Below, piece by piece: positions 49,588 to 63,236 of a DNA stretch of 64,000 bases (its first letter is position 1; each line of letters opens with the position of its first letter). The DNA is from Paraspadella gotoi (taxonomy: Eukaryota > Animalia > Chaetognatha), in the NCBI GenBank assembly GCA_051294375.1, contig CM119263.1:8870908-8934907 (forward strand), given 5' to 3'. The position numbers were made by a program, and so were the translations under genes. The notes below the pieces were generated by a model, which ran no database searches, had not been told where the DNA came from, and saw only the letters and a list, made by a program, of their open reading frames with translations.

Positions 49588-50580
49588 AAGAAAGAAAGAA
49601 AGAAAGAGAGAAGGGAAAATATGTGGAGCAAAGACAAGCCAGGGAAAGCAATCAAGCGGAAATGGCGATCTCGATTTCCTCTTTGTGAGCAAGCACAAAA
49701 GGGCAGAAGGAGTGAGTTGTTCGACTGATTGGTTCCGTCCTCGTGACGCTCATCAGTTTTCGCGGCGGAAGGTGGAGAGAAAAAAAAAATCGGAGGCGGG
49801 AATAAGTTGGACGCGAGGAAAAGTGAATGTGGATGAATTATGGTTGGGAGATTATATCTGGATCGATTAATTCACGATTTAAATGGACGGGCATTATATG
49901 AAATAAGTTATTATTAGGAAGCGTTAGCGATGCGAGAGCGAGGGATGTCACCAAATATGATTCATCTAAGAACCAAAAAAAGTAGTATACGCAATCTAAC
50001 GCAACTTTTAGCAACTTTCATCTACTGCTTGCGATTGATTGCCAATCCATGCATTTTGATGCCACGAATGCGTCCGTCGATTCTGACCCAAATTTCCAGA
50101 TCGATTTCCTTCTCTTCGTCTGAATCGAAACCGAATTCGACTTTCGAGATAGAATCGTTGGGGAAACGAGAAAAACCAAGGATTCTATCTGGAGATTGTA
50201 TCCCAAGATTCCATCCTCATCGCAATTGCTCGTGGAGAGAATTAAAATACGCATAGTTGTGCGGGAAAATTTGATCTTCTCCATCAATTTTGTAGACAAA
50301 TTAATAGATGAAGTTAAAAAGGGACTGGTAAAATATTAAATTAAAAATTTAATTTTAAATATTAGATATTAAACTAATGATCTCCTCATTTTTTACTTAG
50401 GAATTTCTCATTTTCTTACTTTTCTTTTCTGTTCCCGAATATCCGCTTATTTTATGTTATGAATCATACTCAGACAACAACAACAACAACAAGATGGGGT
50501 CATTTCGTCTCTATTTCGACGATGACGAGAGAAAAAGTTTTTTTCACGAGATAAGATTCATCTTGCTCACAGTCAATGAA

Positions 50581-50611
<31 letters not shown>

Positions 50612-50841
50612 GTCTCTCNNNNNNNNNNNNNNNNNNNNNNNNNNNNNNNNNNNNNNNNNNNNNNNNNNNNNNNNNNNNNNNNNNNNNNNNNNNNNNNNNN
50701 NNNNNNNNNNNNNNNNNNNNNNNNNNNNNNNNNNNNNNNNNNNNNNNNNNNNNNNNNNNNNNNNNNNNNNCCCCTTTTTAATTGGCCTTTTTCTGCCTCA
50801 TTTTCCTTAATTTTCTTCTGGTCCTCTTTTTCCCTCCACAG

Positions 50842-51075
50842 ATTCGTCTCCACTTGCTCAGTCTCCATCGTCGTCGTCAACGTCGTCGTCGTCATCGTCG
50901 TCGTCGTCATCGTCTCAGCTGGGGATCGACGATCACGAAAATCACAGAATCTCTCTGATGACGTCATCATTTAACGATGGCGCCTCATTGAGGGGAGGCG
51001 AAGAATTCCTCATTTTTTTTCCAAGTTTTCAAAGTGACCAATTTTTAAGCTTCAAACCCGGAAATGCCATTAAGG
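50842..51075 (+). CDS. Probable internal coding exon (poly-Ser, then ...SLRGGEEFLIFFPSFQSDQF...)
   Basis: Long polypyrimidine tract plus CACAG acceptor, AAGG|GTATG donor, 234 nt, phase 1-1, stop-free. Confidence 0.55.
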
Positions 51076-51193
51076 GTATGAAAAAGCAGGGGACCGATGA
51101 CCAATGATTTTCAAGAAGCCTTAGACCACTGACCGAGGCTCAACATTGGGTCGGACACTTTATCTTACTCTTTCTCACATCTGCGAAATCCTC

Positions 51194-51249
<56 letters not shown>

Positions 51250-51666
51250 ATTCTATCTCCGTTTGATCTTTCAGGTCTGTCTCTTTCATAAAATATTCTT
51301 CTTTTCTAATTTTCTTTCTTTCTTTTCGACTCTCTATTACTCTGATTTATTACTGTACCACATGTCGGTTGACTATCGAACCTTTGTTGTGTTCTACCTT
51401 CACTGTCTTATTTATGTTTTTATATTTTTTAACTTTTTGGCCACAATATTTCTCAATGTCATTGGTCAGTTTAATTAAAAGAAAAAAGCCAAATTATTTT
51501 CTTCTTTTACGGATTAAATAATTATACAACGCTCATTTATATGCATATGAAAAGCACCGAAGGTTGCGGATTATCTTCCAATGAACGATATAATAACATG
51601 TTAGTTCCTTAAAAACGAATTAATATCCTGAGTTTGTACAGAGTCGGGTTGAATCCACTGACAAAA

Positions 51667-51825
<159 letters not shown>

Positions 51826-54800
51826 GTTGTGCTTTTTTTTCCGAATCAATGTTGCGATCGTAAATTTTTGTTCTTACTCATTCTTTTTCTCTCTCAACTA
51901 TGTAATTTAGACTAAAAAATAAGATGTATGCAGTCAAAATTTAATTAATGTGCAATGTATAACGCGGCGGACAGACTCTTCCCATGAGTGGCTTCGAATG
52001 CCAACGGATGAACTAATGGTAACTTTATGTTTATAAAAAGTATCAAGGCGTCAGGCGGAAGGGAAGTATTCCGGAAAATAACGAAAAAAAGTTAGGGTGA
52101 AATGAGAAGGGGAAAAAAAAAGAAAACGAGAAAAAGAGATTCTATGCGAGGAAATGGACCGAGAAGAAAAGTAGCAGTCGACGATAATAACGAAATTGAA
52201 TTGGGGTCAAAGGTAAGTGAGGTAAGAAGGGGAAAAGAGGTGAGAAGAAAAAGAAAGGTAAGAGGGAAAAGAGAGGTAAAATGGGGAAGAGAGGTAAAGC
52301 GAGTTAAATGACGTAAGGAAAAAGAGGAGGGAGAGAAAAGAGTGATAAAGGAGGTAATAAAGAGAACTCGTCAAGGTAGGACAAGCAGAACTAACTGTGA
52401 GATGCAGAGTGAAAAGGTCCCACTCTCAAAAAGGGGCAGGAGGCGGAGGCAAAGGGTCAGGGCTGAGCGGAGAAAAAAAAAGAGTAGAAAGTCAGGGGTT
52501 AGGGCTGAGAGTAAGGCGGAATGAGAAGCACTTTAAAAAAAGAAGTAAGTAAATAAATAGAAGCTTAACTTCTCATGGATTCTCGAGAAGCGGTTATCAG
52601 AGGAGTCGTGAGATATATACGTTCTTATCGAAGAAATATTTTTGACTGAAATGAGAACATTTACGTTTGTTAGTTTATGGTCGAATAGTTATAACAGTAA
52701 TTTAAAAGTAATATTTCATTATAATTTTGTCTAAATTTAACTAAATAGAGAGACCTCTCAAAATCTCTTCGTTGGGTTCAAATAAACAGGGCTGTTAAGA
52801 GCTGGAAGGGGGAAGAGTTGACCTTACGCTCTGAACTTTAACCTCGGTTGAAAGATAAAGTTGGGTTGCATTGACTAAAAAAAAAATGGTGAAAAGAGGA
52901 GGAACAAAAATAATAAGGTAAGGCATAAACATTTATATTTTCGATTTATTACTGAAAACAATTCAGAAATTGTTGGTGGGTGATAAATGAATATAAATAT
53001 TGGCATAAAAACTAAAACTGAACTAGTATTATCCACCAAAAAACCACCTTAAACTAAAATAGGCATAACACCTTTGATCGAAATGTCTCTTCAACAATTT
53101 GATTTTTTTTTCACATTATTTGACTTAAATGAACTTCATTAATAAAAAATGACACAGCCTTCCCGCCATTCGCTTGCCTTCCACCCCACGCCGTGGTTTA
53201 TGGAGCCGAGAATGGACTTTTCTGTTCAAGTAATTAATCTCGCAGTTCCAAATGAGTCCTTTGCATCATTGGCTCCTGGAAATGTCTTTAAGTAGTCACC
53301 CCCCTATGCTAAAGGTTTAGTTAAGATTCGGATCAAATGAATTCGTGGAGGTTTCATATTTGACTGATTCTTATGTCACCAAGGCGTCGGCCGCTCCGAC
53401 CAATCGCTTGGCGGTTATTTGATGTAAATGCCTTTAATGTTAATTCTTCGCAAAGTGTAATATGGTCCATTTCCTGCGATGATACATTGAAATAAAACAA
53501 TGCTTAATGACTTAATACAAAATGGGTTTTGTTCCGTTGACCCTTTCGCCTGTCTTTCGCATGAACACGGAACAAATGTTCCCCGCTCCTCCTCTTCCTC
53601 CTACTTCTTCTGTATTAAATGAATGGAGACTCTCCCTCTCTCTTTAAGCCGCATAAATCACCCCCGACCTTTTATTTCCTTTTTCTCTCTCCCCCCCCTT
53701 TTTTCCTTTTTTTTATCGCTTTCTTTTTTTCCTTCCCTGTTTTATTTGATTTTTCTTTCTTTTTTATCCATTTTTCATCCCTCTCCTTGACTCGGTCTCA
53801 CGTTGCGGGAGACACGGAGAATCGTACATCCAGTTTTTGAGCCGATGAATCTTTGGGTGGTGCTAGGACGGGGCATAATGTTTCATAGTCTGTACATTGT
53901 ACATTATACTATAGCTAGTGTCTCTATTATCTTCTTTTGAATTATCTCTAGTGTCTCTTTCCTTCATTAAATTTCTTTTATCTCATTACTGATTTTTCGA
54001 TCGCGTGATTTTTGAATTTTTTTACTTTCTTCAAATCGCTTTCATCATTTGGTAGATCACTTGTTGAATCACCTTCTTGAAAGCCAACTCTGTCACCGAG
54101 TCGTTTAAACTAGGTAACTTCTACTCGTTTTAATCTTTCGCTTTGAATGACTCAGTTTCATTTCTCTGTCTCTTTCTTTCTCAATATTTCTTTCTCTCCC
54201 CCATTCTTTCATAAATACGTCAATCAATAAAAGTCTATTCAAGATCTCCACATTAGCCTCTCTCTCTCTCTCTCTCTCTCTGACTCTCTCTCTCTCTCTT
54301 TATCTCTCTGCTTGTTCTCTCTCTCTCTCTTCCTACCTTTTCTCGTCACAGTTTCAATGAGCGAATTAAATTTAAAAATTAATCTCGTCAATATGAATTT
54401 TATTCTCTGCTCTTATCTAATAATTTCTCGTACGCTCACATAACATTTTTTGAATCGTCTAGCAGACAGACATCTCGCGACCGTAATTCCGATTTTTCAG
54501 CCCAGCGTTCCGGGGAAAAGGAAAAAGCCACTCCGACCCAGAACCACAATAATGTCACCCATTTAATAAGCCAGTTGACTTTTATTTTTCCTAGGTCTTC
54601 CACAAATTTCAATATTTTCGGTGATACTTTTTTTTTAATCGAGAATCGATTCTTAGCCTCAGTTTCTTGCCCCTTTGTTTTTAATGTACGCAAAAATTAG
54701 GAAAAAAAAATTAAATATGAAAATATTGCATCACCCACAGCTGAGGGCGTTGACAACACCTATAGTCTCTGTATGTTAGAACCAAGTTGGCATTTCTCAT

Positions 54801-55371
54801 TTCACCTTCAAAAGATGTTTTTTTTTTCTTTCAGGCTTCACTGATTAAATACACTTTTATTTCTCGCCAACTCCATTTTCCTTATGTTCTGTTTTGAGTC
54901 TGTTGTTTGACCCTTTCATCCCTTTTTCGCGGTTGTTTCCTATTCCCTCTTCACTCCTCTCGCCCTCGGGCGCCCTTTTTAATTCAAAATGGCGCAACCC
55001 TTTCCATCGTCAAAATTTTATCTTCTTTTCCTTCTTTTTTTCACGCACCTTTTTATTTCAATTTGGATTCGCTATTCAATTTATTTCGGTCACATCCACA
55101 TCCTCCTCCTCTTCTTCCTCCTCCTCCTCCTCCTTTTAAAGTCACCATCTCTCTTCAATTTTTACCGGGTCTTCGCTATTTTAAACCATCCAATCATTTT
55201 CTTTCACTTTACATGTCTTGGTAGGATGCCTCACCTCACTTTAACTTTTCTTTTTACTTCCATTTTCCCCTTTAATCTTCCCTTTTTTTACCCTTTTCTC
55301 CCTTCCCCTTTCCTCTTTCCTCTCCTCTCAATCACATTCCCTCCCGGCCTCCGTTTCCCGAAAGTAAGCAA

Positions 55372-55673
55372 TTTTTAGTTGCGCCGCGAGTACTCGCAGA
55401 GAAACTCTAAAAGTCACTTTTCGGTCGGTCTGTCGGTCCGTCGGTCCGTCGGTCGGTCCGTCGGTGTGTCTGTCCGTCGGTCTGCCTCCGTTACGCTAAA
55501 AATGCATATAATTTGCCTTTAGATGGTTGCTCATTTGTTAAGAAAGAAAAAACCTCAAATCTAAGGGACTGTTAGGAATAAAAGACATGTCATGTCATAT
55601 CATCTAATCAAAGGGAAATACGCGTGAAAATAAAGTCACTGCGGCGCAACACATTTGAATTACCGTTCTTGTT
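55372..55673 (+). mobile_element. Helentron-associated non-autonomous element (HINE/DINE-1-like)
   Basis: Starts TTTTTAG; subterminal inverted repeats gttgcgccgc (55378-55387) / gcggcgcaac (55641-55650); 5' palindrome gcgagtactcgc; (GTCG/GTCC)n microsatellite; ends ttcttgtt. Confidence 0.7.
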
Positions 55674-56725
55674 CTTTTTGAATTTTCGATTTTATTTTTT
55701 TCCCGGATTTTATTTTCCAGGATTCCAATTTTATTTTCCGTTCCCCAATTCCCACTCGGGTTCTTGAACGTCGGTGCCACTCCCACGCGCTAGTTCGCCT
55801 TGTCAATCAGACCGCGTGTTTTTCAGTTAATTGGCAACGGATTAAAATAATTATTTAAACCTTTAATGAGGTCATTCTCTCCATCTGTCCGGGACGATAT
55901 TGATTTAATTGTATCTATCTACTTGATATTCCATTCTCGGTGTTGGTAGTATCAGAATGACTACCTGAATAAATATTGAATAAAAAATCTACATAACTAT
56001 AAGTCGAATCATATCTGGAGGGTTTGAACCCAGGTTCTTTAACCCTGACGTTCTTACGCTGTGCGGATGTTCAATCCGTAAGTTCAGAGATGTCATCATC
56101 CAATTTAAACTAATATAAACAAATAAATAAAAATATTAAATAAAAAAGTTAGAACAGAGATTGAATCGTTGGCTTGCTGGCTTACGCCACCTTGCAACTT
56201 ACCATTTAAATATTCAATGCCATAACTATTGTAGCATGTTTATTTAACTACATGACGACAAAAGAACACTATAATCACATACAGTGTCATAGAGTACTCT
56301 AGCAGTTGTACTATGGTTTTTCTGTTTATGGAAACCTCCATATTATTCTTCCTCATTTATACAAGATTCAACTTTACCTTACTGATGTTTATTTCTTCGT
56401 TAATGTTATTTTATATTCATTATTGTTTAATGGTAGTGTTACCATTTCCTTTTATTATTGTTTTGTACATAAAGATATTCTATATGCTTGCTGGTAAAAG
56501 CAACGGAATATCTATATGCTTAGATTATTTTATTAAGGTTGTTTTTATAATTGAACAAATAAAAATTTTGTTCTTGAAAACATTTTATCCTTTGAACGAA
56601 CTTGACATACGCAGACTCGCGTGGTGATCTTTCGCCACATCCATCCTTTCACGTAACGTGATGCTATATTTCAATATTCAATAATCAATAAGTCTACGAA
56701 ACGTGAAAGCCTCTCGACGACGCGC

Positions 56726-56762
<37 letters not shown>

Positions 56763-57240
56763 TTTCTTCTTTTCTACTTTCTCCTCCTCTTCTTCTTTTC
56801 TCTCTCCTCTCTCTTCTCTCTCTCTCTCTTATATTTCATTTTTTCATAAAAAATCGGCGATCTCACGATTGGAAATTGTTTTCGTTATAAATCTGATGAA
56901 TACTAATTGAATTTTTGTGGATTTGAACTTCTTTGCTGTCAGGATATTTAATCTCTCACATTTTGTTCCTCTCTTTATCTCATTCTCTGTCTGGGTTCCT
57001 CGTTCTGCTCTTTGTAGTTCGGTCTTGTGGGAATAACCTTCTCTCTCTCTCTCTCTCTNNNNNNNNNNNNNNNNNNNNNNNNNNNNNNNNNNNNNNNNNN
57101 NNNNNNNNNNNNNNNNNNNNNNNNNNNNNNNNNNNNNNNNNNNNNNNNNNNNNNNNNNNNNNNNNNNNNNNNNNNNNNNNNNNNNNNNNNNNNNNNNNNN
57201 NNNNNNNNNNNNNNNNNNNNNNNNNNNNNNNNNNNNNNNN

Positions 57241-57449
57241 CGAGTTCAAGGCTTCGACCAACATCCCGCTCCGGCGGCGTCGGCAAACACGTCTCAGCGT
57301 CGGCAAAAAATGTCGGCATAGGTAAAGGCGGTTTGATCACCGAGCCCCGCTGCGTCGGGATGAGATCCAGCAGTACCAGCAGTACCGGAAGCGTCGAGAG
57401 AGACGCCGTATTCTTACCGGTTTGGCGCAAAGGTGACGCCGGAAGATGA
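57241..57449 (+). CDS. Possible coding exon fragment next to a gap
   Basis: GC-rich, stop-free frame ...RSSSTSSTGSVERDAVFLPVWRKGDAGR*. A minus frame is also open, so strand is uncertain. Confidence 0.25.
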
Positions 57450-57506
57450 TGTATGATTATGATATGGAGATGAGTGTGCGTTTTTGCGTTATTCCCCCAG
57501 AGAGAG

Positions 57507-57540
<34 letters not shown>

Positions 57541-58872
57541 AAGAGGGAGAGAAAGAGAGAGAGAGAGAGAGAGATTGCGTACTAGCTAAAGAATAAAACA
57601 TCACTTTACATGCATTTTTTATCGTCGCCATCATCGTCGTCACCTTCGTCGTCATCGTCATCACATCAGGTCTCGCGTGAAATAAATATTAAATTCTACC
57701 GCTCGGTTTGACAGAAGTTTGTCACAATTTTAACTTTTTCTGGATAAACTTGAGGTTTCTTTTTTTTTTTTAAATTCGCCATAACAAAATCCAACATTTA
57801 TTTTGCAAACCCAAAGTTGTTAATTATCACCTTTTTTTTTAAGCGCCGAAGTCATAAATTAAGGAGATAAACATCAACGGGGATAAAAATAAGCAAAACT
57901 CGTGAAAAGTATAAACGCGGTTGTAAAAATCCAAACAAACGCAACGGAAGAGTAAAACTCCAAAATAAACCGCGATAACAACTAAAAAAACAAAAACCGC
58001 AACTACAACGGAGAAAACAGAAAAAACAGCGACGTAGCAAAATATAAAAGAAAAAAGAAAAAAAGCGCAAAAAGAGCAAAAAGAGCAAAAAGGGTAAGAA
58101 GAGAATCTTGAGCCGCCGAAGATGTGAACGGAAAGGGCACAAAATGTCAAAAACTGAATCGGGCCATAAAGGCAAAGTTAAAAATAAAACGACAAAAAAT
58201 TGAATGTGAAACTTTGGTTTTAAGAATATACATAAAAACTAATAACAAATTTAAGATTTAATTGTGAAACCTGATAAAATCCTGTTTAAAAGTCTTTAAA
58301 AAAACATATGATAATCGAAGATAAAAATTCAATCACAAGTCACTATTTCATTTTCAATAGACCCCTTATTTTACGTTTTTCTTCTCTTCCTTTTTTTTTA
58401 GCTATATTTGCTATCAAGCCGAAACTATTTTATCAATTTTCTTTTCTTTTCCTTTGTCCCTTCATCTTTTTTTTCTCCTCTTTTATTTTTCTTCAACTTC
58501 TTTCCTCCCTCTCTCTCAGTTTTTAACTTTGACCTCTGACGGAAGCCTTTTTCTTGCAACTCTTCTCTTTCCAAATATTTTTTCTATGCTTTTTATACTT
58601 TCTTATTTTCATTTTTTCCCTATTTTCGCAAGTTCTCCTCATTTGTGTATTCACCTTTTTTAACTTTCCTCCTTTCAATTTTCTTCTTTTTTCCTTTTCT
58701 TTCTCCTATTTCCTCCTTTCAAGTCCTTTTTCTTTCTTGCGAAGTCCGTTTTAGAATAGACGACTTGGGATAACGATCGGAGTAAATTTCGAGGTGGAAC
58801 AAACTGACGCTGAAGCCGCCGCCGCCGCCGCCGCGGACGACAACGACGAAGAAAACGGCAGAACTGTACGGG

Positions 58873-59208
58873 AACAAGAACGGTAATTCAAATGTGTTGC
58901 GCCGCAGTGACTGCCTTAACACGTGTGTTTCTTGTCACATAATATGACATGGCATTACATGACATGACGACGTGACATGACATGACTACATGACTACCAT
59001 AACTTTCTTACCCCGTGTATTTATGACAAGCACTGCATCGCAATTTTGTCTTTTGTCTTTTGTCTTTTATTTCCTGAAGGCGGCGCAAGCAGTCCCTTAG
59101 AATTCAGGTTTTTTCCTATCTTAATGTAATTTGGACAGACCGACGGACCCACCGACCAACCGACCGACCGAAAAGTGACTTAGAGAGTTGCTCCGCGAGT
59201 ACTAAAAA
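58873..59208 (-). mobile_element. Second HINE/DINE-1-like element, same family, inverted
   Basis: aacaagaacggtaattcaaatgtgttgcgccgcagtgac is the exact reverse complement of 55635-55673. Shares (CGAC)n, gaaaagtgact and cagtcccttaga. Confidence 0.7.
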
Positions 59209-59858
59209 CCTTTCCACTTTAAACGACAACGATAACTGAAAGAGAATAATGACAAAACCCAAGGATTTATATCTCCGACGAGAAGGAAGAAAATCCCTCA
59301 TTACGAGGATCGCGCCGAAAGGTAACGACGAAATCGAAGACAATGATGAAGATAATGACGATAACGACATTGAAGTAATGACACCGACGCTAAAGACATC
59401 GATGAAAATAAGAGCGAGGTAAACAACGACGACGACGACGACGACGACGACGCCGACGAAACAAGACTTCCACATCAAAGCCGCCCATGACTCAAAGGTT
59501 CAGATGGAAAAAAAAAACTTTTTTTTTTTGAAACAAATAAAAGGTTATTTTTTTTTCCCTCGGAACGATTTATGTCGGAGAAAACTGCCAGTGGCAGGAG
59601 TTTTTTATTTGGTTTTATATTGTATTAACTTTATATACATCCAGAACGAGTGATTGTCTCGGAGGCAAATTTTAACCATTAGAGGAAGAAACCGGTTAAT
59701 GGGTTAATACGTTCTCGATATAGGAAAAGGAGATTTTCTTAACTGCTTATTAAGCAGTGCTTAAATTCACATCTTTGGAAAAATTTTCGCGCACCATGTC
59801 GGGTGTACCTTTCCGTAAAGGGTTTAATATTTTCCTCGATCCCAAATATGCGTGATCA

Positions 59859-60165
<307 letters not shown>

Positions 60166-60599
60166 CTACTTTTTCTCCATTCGCTTTTGTTTTAATTCCT
60201 CGTTTTTCTGTTTCAACACTTGAGTGCGAATGAAGAATCGGAAAACTCGGAAGGTCGTTTCTGTTGGTTTGACACCGAAAAAAAAAGTAAATAAGAATAA
60301 ACAAACCAATAAAGAGAAACAAATGAATAAATTACTGAATAAATAAATAAACGCAAAAATTGATAAATTTATATGTAAATAAAGAAAAACATATAATATA
60401 CGAAAGTCATTCAGTTTTCACGGTACTTCATTCAACTCCACAATACAGTAAAAAAAATAAATTAAAACCAAATTAGTTTCAAAGAGAAAAAGTCATAAAA
60501 CGAAAGTTGTCTGGGGCGAATCGACTTTGCTCGCCTTAGATAATCAACTTGGTCGACTCTCATCCTTGTTCACATCAGGTGAGTAAGCGTCCTCGTTCG

Positions 60600-60679
<80 letters not shown>

Positions 60680-60974
60680 GGATTTCCTTTTTTCCAACTC
60701 TGGAGTCTCCGTTTCTTGTTTACGCTCTAAACTTTGATAGTTTTTCTTTTCAAAAATGGAGCGATAAACGTTTATATTCCGTCGTAACTCTTTCACTAAA
60801 TCCAGCCTTTACTCTGGGATTTCGAGGCCCGATTCCTCCTTTTCAATGGGTCAGGTTTTTGCTTTTATTTCACGCCACTGAAGGAATTCATAACGAAACA
60901 GTCGGCCATCTCTTCCTAAAGGGGCCAGTTTCAGTTTAAATTTGTTTGTTTGTTAAATTGTTTTTTTTGGTTTG

Positions 60975-61230
60975 ATAATTTAGGGATAATGATTAAGATA
61001 GGCATTTGGGTTAAGGGATAAGTTAGGCATTTGGTTAGAGTTTTGATTAAGGATTAAGGTTGATGATTTTGGTTTTAGATTATAAGATAAGGTTAAGGTT
61101 AAGGATTAAACTTAGAGATTAATGTTAGGGATTAGGTTAAGTTTAAGGATTAAACTTAGAGATTAAAGTTAGGGTTAGGGATTAGTTTAAATATTTAGAT
61201 ATTAAATTTAAAAAATTAAGTTTAAGAATT
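60975..61230 (+). repeat. Degenerate TTAGGG/TTAAGG hexamer array
   Basis: 6-bp periodicity including ttagggttaggg; internal repeat of aaggattaaacttagagattaa. Confidence 0.75.
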
Positions 61231-61771
61231 ATGAAAAGAAATGCGGCGCCGTCGGCAAATAGTGCCATTTTCACACCATGGAACAGAATCTCGCAACGGA
61301 ATAAAAAAAAATTACAATTAATCAATTAAAACCAATAAAGTTGGCGCCAACCATACAATTAAAGTTAAAAATATTTTTATCACGCAATTGTTTTTTTTTT
61401 CTCGAAGCGTAAATTATTTCACCGGTACGGTTCAGCGAAACTTGCTGTTTATTAAATGTTTATGAAATATCGTCTCCCTAAAATCAACGCCCTTGCCAGA
61501 CTGGCTCTTCCAAGCTTTTATCGTAACAAGACAAAAGACCCGATTTTAAGAAGCCCCTCGGATTTACTTCATTCGCAGTAATGGCTCATTCGCAGTAATG
61601 CTTCATTCACAGTATTTCTTAGTAACTCTCTGTCATCGCCAATTGTGAATATGAACGTCAAAGACTAGAAAGACAATCGATCTCGAAGGCAGGCGACGCG
61701 ACTCGCGGACGCGAAAACGAAGAAATACGATCTTCGCTCGAGACGACGTACCACGCGGCGACGCGGGGGCG

Positions 61772-61797
61772 TCAAAGAGTTACGGCTGCTGCGTCTC
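61772..61797 (-). CDS. Probable last coding exon (G-DAAAVTL*) of the minus-strand gene
   Basis: Acceptor tctcccccttatttag; a phase-1 join to the 62175 donor gives a stop at 61774-61772. Confidence 0.4.
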
Positions 61798-62174
61798 CTA
61801 AATAAGGGGAGACTTCTGTTTTGTTCCACTAAATTTGAGGAAAGTTCTGGTTTTCCTTTTTTTGTATACGTATCGTATTCTTTTAAGGGTTTTTTTTTTT
61901 AAATGTATTGTTCGAAGTAAAACTTTGTTAACTACAAAAATTGGTATTTTTAAAATTGTTTGCTCATCGCGATTAATCATTAATTAAAAAAATTTAAAAA
62001 CAAAAAAATACTAACACGAAACAAGTTAGCTTAAAATGTTTCAATCAGAAAATCGCGCGGATTCATTGCTTATTGCGAAAGTTTTTCATTGAAACCGTCG
62101 AAAAGTAATAAATTATAAAAGATGATCCGCGAAGGAAATGTAACAAATTAGCTGCTAAAGATAATGGAACTCAC

Positions 62175-62566
62175 CCAAACTGACGAAAGCGACGAGGAAG
62201 GCGAGGAGTAGAAGAGGTAAGGCGACGGGGTGAGGACTAAGAAGTCTTGGCTTGGAGGCAGAATTCGCAGCACCAGCAGCAGCACTAGGAGCAGCAGCAG
62301 GGAACATCGACGGCAAAAACTCAAACGAATTTGCGGAGGAAGATTTGGCTGCGTTTGCGGATGGACCGCGTCCGTTTGTGATCGGGGTGAGTTTCGCCCG
62401 AGTCGTTGGTAAGTCTGTATGAATCGATATGGCGATCTCGATGGAGATTATTGGGTTTGTATATTCCACGATCGAAAACGAGGCTGAAGATGTCGCCAAT
62501 AATACTGACGTTGAAGACAATGGCGACGATGACGACGACAAAGATGGCCAATGTGCCTCCAGTCGA
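62175..62566 (-). CDS. Internal exon: Ser/Thr/Ala-rich stalk plus hydrophobic segment (VALPLLLLAFLVAFVSL)
   Basis: ttttcag acceptor and G|GTGAGT donor. The only fully open frame is the one dictated by the upstream phase-2 donor. Confidence 0.65.
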
Positions 62567-63236
62567 CTGAAAATTTAAAAAAGAAACAAAAACAAAAAAC
62601 AATTAATATGTATTCTTGTCGACGAAAAATTGACCAACTTGCTCCCATTATTTTGTCGGACAAAACTATGATGAATTAAGATTACAGAAGAGGATATTTT
62701 TTACTTCTTAATAATACTTACATGCATTATTACTTCTAGTGTACTTCTTTATATAAGATTTTAGAATACAAAGAAAAAGATTCCATCCTTAAAAAAGGAT
62801 CAGGCCAATAATAAAAAGTTTTCAAGAATGAGTATTTAAATTAAATGTCATTTCGTCAAATTTTTACTTGAAAATTGGGTTAAAGATTTTAGCGGCTGAG
62901 TCCCCAAACATCCCTGGAGGGCAAACCACTATTCTCTTTTTGCTTTTCTCCTATATTTTTTCTTCTCTCTTTTTCCCTCTTTCTTTCTCTCCTTCGATAT
63001 TTCCTACTTTCGCTTTTTTAGTGATTTTTATTGTTTTTTCTTCTCTTTTTCTTTTGAAAAAATAAAAGCCATAAAAAATCAAATAAGCAACAAACAACTT
63101 GTATAATTTAATAATGGAAAATGAATGAAAAATTCGCCGGACAAAAAAAATATAATCAAGATTCAAGATAAATTATAAATATTACTAATAAGGAAAAGAA
63201 GAAAGATGAAATAAAGAAGGAAAGTCTGGCACTTAC

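Noticed and set aside
60975-61230. True telomere or chromosome-fusion site
   Set aside because: Short, highly degenerate, single orientation and present twice; more like a dispersed repeat core.
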